From positions 62,001 to 126,000 of the forward strand of contig QPMI01000066.1 in assembly GCA_004431415.1 (NCBI GenBank): a stretch of DNA of 64,000 nt. Reading direction: 5' to 3'. The stretch comes from Cyanophora paradoxa CCMP329 (taxonomy: Eukaryota > Plantae > Glaucophyta). The notes under the pieces were generated by a model. It ran no database searches, had not been told where the DNA came from, and saw only the letters and a list, made by a program, of their open reading frames with translations. Every line of letters starts with the position of its first letter. The first letter of the stretch is position 1. This document shows positions 61,101 to 64,000 of this stretch, in pieces. The position numbers and the translations under genes are program-made.

Positions 61101-64000
61101 AGGCCGGCGCCCCCGCGGCGAGCGCCCGCAGCGGGCCGGCCTCGGCGCGCCCCTCGCCCCCCGGGTCCCCCGGCCCAGGCGACGCCGCCGCGCCGGCCCC
61201 CTCTCCCCAGCCGACCACCACTCCCCCGAGCCGCTGGCGGCACAAGATGGACCTCCATGGGCACTCGAACGACGTGCTCTGCGTCGCCGCCTCGCAGCGC
61301 GGCGCCTCCTCCCGCTACATCGCCTCGGGCTCCGAGGACTGCACCGTCAAGGTGCCGTTTCAGCTCTTCTAAGCTCTACCTTCTAAGCTGATCCCCGGCT
61401 CAGCTGTGGGACGCGCGGCGGATCCTGCGGGGCGGGCAGCTGGAGGAGGCGCACGTCCGCACCCTCGCCGCCCATACGGGCGCCGTCACCTCCGTCGCCT
61501 TCCCCAGGCGCGCGAAAAAGCTAAAAAAGCTAATATAAAAAAAAGGAAAGCCGCCCGCCGCCTTATAGACAGCGCGCAGCGCAGCCCGCCGCTTTAATTT
61601 GTCAGGGGTCTGTGCAGTCCAGGCCGGCCTAGGCCGGCGCGGCGCGGCCGTCTAAGTAATAGAAAGCTAAAAAAGCTGACAGAAAGCAGGCAGCCGTATA
61701 AGCTTTAGAAAGCTAATAAAGCTCATAGAAAGCCAAGAAAGCCGTCCGTCGCCTTATAGAAAGCTAAAAAGCACCGCCACCTCCGTCGCATTCCTCAGGC
61801 GCGCAGCGCAGCCCGCCGCTTCGATTTGTCAGGCCTAGGCCGGCGCGGCGCGGGCCTGTCTAACCTAGTCTAGATCTAATCCGGGCTGCCCCTTCTCTGT
61901 CGCGGGTCTGGTCCAGGCTGAGGCGGCGAGCGCAGGGCGACGGACGCCATGCTGGCCTCGGGGAGCGCCGACGAGACCGTCCGGGTCCGCTTTCTCCTAT
62001 TTATTTCTCTTATTCTCTTGTTGGTTTGCGACCCGTTTTGCGTGCAGATCTGGGCGCTGCCGCCCGAGGCGGGGGGCCCCCGGTCGCCCTACTCGCGCCC
62101 CTCGTCGTTCGCGGCGGTGCCGCCGCGCAGGGGCGGCGCCCGCCTCGCCCTCTGGCGGGAGGTGCACGTCCTAAGGGGCCACCGCGGCGCCGTCCTCGGC
62201 GTCGCTTTTAGGTGAGCCCGCGAGCAGTTAGGAAAGCTCTCATTTAAGTACTTGAAACTGGTACTGCTAGAACTAGGCGTACTTGCGCCAAGCCTTCCTT
62301 CCGCTCATTGTACTGCGGCGGCTCACTCTGACTCGCGCGCGGCAGCGACGACGGGAGCCTCCTCGTCTCCGCCTCCGCCGACAAGACCCTCAAGGCGCGC
62401 CGGCGCCGGCGCCGCCGCCGCCGCCGCGCCCGCCCGGCTGTTGCGGCTGACCGCTGCGCAGATCTGGCGGACGGACCGCGGCCTCTCCCGCACCGCCCTA
62501 CTGGTGCGCCCGCATTACATTAGAGAACGCGGCCCGGCCGATTAGATTCGATGACCGCGGGATACATTCGAGCCTAAACTGTTTACACATAGACAGTCGG
62601 GGTCGCGAAATAGGAGCAGCGCCCGTGCCCGCCCCAGAATCGAAGCGCCGGCGCCGGCGCCGTTGCTCACTCGCGCCGGGGGCGGGCGGGCGGGGGGTAG
62701 GGCCACACGGACGAGGTGTGCGCCTGCGCCTTCAACGGCGACGCCTCCCGCGCCTTCAGGTGATCTCAGCCGCCTCCTCACCTGAGCCGGGCTCGGCTGA
62801 GCTCACCTGAGCCCCGCTGAACGTACCCCCGGCAGCGCGGCGCGGGACAACACCGTCCGCGTCTGGAGCACCGTCTCCGGCGCCTGCCTCTCCGTCCTCC
62901 GCGGTGACTGCTGTCCCTCTCTCTCCTTCTCGCCCCAGAAAGCTTTTCCTTGAATAAAGAGTTGTTGAGGCTTAAGCTTCCCTCCCTCCCTCCCCGTCTT
63001 CTGAGCCCGACCACATGGGCACGGACAGGCCACCTGGACGCGGTGCGGTGCCTCGCGATCTCCCTCGACCAGTCCTTCCTCGTCACAGGCTCCCTCGACC
63101 GCGACCTCAAGGCCCGCCCGCCCCGCCCCGCCCCGCCCCGATTTCCGTTCGATTTCCGCTCCGATTTCCGTTCGTTCGAATTCCGGGGCGGGGGAAGAGG
63201 CGGGCCCGCGGCCGGCCGAGGATCGCGCGCGGCGACGCGGCTTTGTCGCTCCATTCCGCTCTAGATTCGCTCTTGTTCGCTGTGATACTTCGATTTTCGA
63301 TTCGCACATAGATTCCATCCCATTCCACGTTGTTGGAGAGGGGGCGCTTTCCTGACGAGGGGGCGCAGGTGTGGCGGGCGGCGGTGCGGGAGGAGGACGC
63401 GCGGGGCGGCGCCGGCGCGGAGGAGGCCTACGGCGCCACCGCCGTCGCCGTCTCCCCCGACGGGCCCGCCCACGCCGCCGACGTGCGCCCTCCGAATCAA
63501 ATCTCTCGAATACTCGCTCTCTCTCTCTCTCTCCCTCTTCCCTCTTTATTCTGATTCTCGGCGGCGGCGGGGGCCTCCCTCGCTTCGTTCGCAGGCGGCG
63601 GAGGCGGCGCTGCAGCTGCTGCCGTACCACACGGCGCCCGTCTACGCCGTCGCCCTCTCCCCGGACCGCTCCCGCTGCGCCACCGGCGGCGCCGACCGCG
63701 CCGCCAAGGCCCGCCCCGCCCCGCCCAGCCCCGCCCCGCCCCGCCCCTAGCCTAGCCTTTGGCCTTGCCCCGGGGCCTGAGCGCCGCCTAGTCTGCTCTC
63801 GTTGGTCTAGATCTGCTCTCGTTGGTCTAGATCTGACGCCGACGCCGACTCTGTCCGCCGCGCAGCTGTGGGACGTGGCGACGGGCGAGTGCACAGCGAC
63901 GCTCGTCGGGCACGCCGGGTGCGCCCGCCCGCCCCGCGGCCTCCGAGCTGCTCGGCCTTCCTAGCCTCCGAGCCGCTCGGCCCTCTAAGCCTCTGAGCGC
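52121..64000 (+). CDS. DUF4062 + NACHT-like NTPase + WD40-repeat protein (TEP1/NWD-like, no TROVE domain seen); runs past window end
   Basis: DUF4062 VRIYVASTPDDMAAERSLIR-HVVAPEL...FVDLRYG...LEEVERCRPFFVCFAGQR. NACHT FAGRAEL...LVGEPGSGRASLLARL, FAVHHFVSAS, LRWLPVCLPPGVK-VIVS. WD40 repeats from ~60620: GHTDRVRGVAF, SASADRSLK-IWE, GHSNDVLCV, SGSEDCTVK-LWD, GHLDAVRCLAIS. Confidence 0.88.

Noticed and set aside
59620-63840. Short intronic tandem repeats (gtctcgagttc x3 at ~59622; duplicated block at 61508-61860; tctgctctcgttggtctaga x2 at ~63792)
   Set aside because: Ordinary local slippage duplications with no sign of function.
12091-63865. Introner-type mobile introns as the source of GC-AG introns
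   Set aside because: The introns show no evident mutual similarity or TIRs beyond paralogous positions. Not excluded genome-wide.
1-64000. Most long Arg/Pro/Gly/Ala-rich ORFs in the six-frame track (e.g. 7204-8460, 23513-24727, 37672-39051, 40943-42526, 51634-53151)
   Set aside because: They are antisense or off-frame to spliced genes with recognisable motifs, and are expected by chance when stop codons are rare in very GC-rich DNA.
52121-64000. Assigning the symbol TEP1
   Set aside because: It shares the DUF4062-NACHT-WD40 layout, but no TROVE/vWA region is visible and orthology cannot be shown from sequence alone.

Overview
GC-rich eukaryotic nuclear DNA with many short introns. It is probably from a glaucophyte or similar alga; this is inferred from the MNAFV... 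Phe-type plastid transit peptide and the gene structure. Most ORFs in the supplied track are GC-bias artefacts, so genes were reconstructed by manual splicing and exon boundaries are approximate. Genes in order: a degraded tyrosine-recombinase-like remnant; a plastid-targeted SET/Rubisco-LSMT methyltransferase (-); a Pro/Ala-rich unknown protein (+); a type I membrane protein with four CIDGR/PGG/HTD/GCGH zeta(beta-like)-carbonic-anhydrase-like domains (+); a TA-flanked MITE; a TPR-DUF4470-MYND gene (+); an unknown gene (-); a ~5-GAF hybrid histidine kinase (-); an F-box/LRR-like gene (-); and a DUF4062-NACHT-WD40 (TEP1/NWD-like) gene running off the right end (+). Positions ~25.0-53.2 kb look like a tandem duplication (junction 40995/40996) that made a chimeric gene, and the two copies carry different central genes. 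Aligning the copies shows a striking mutational signature: at least 17 indels are 6-bp fold-back insertions (XYZ -> XYZ-revcomp(XYZ)-XYZ). The same rule would explain the palindromic hexamer arrays across the window. GC-AG introns are unusually common.
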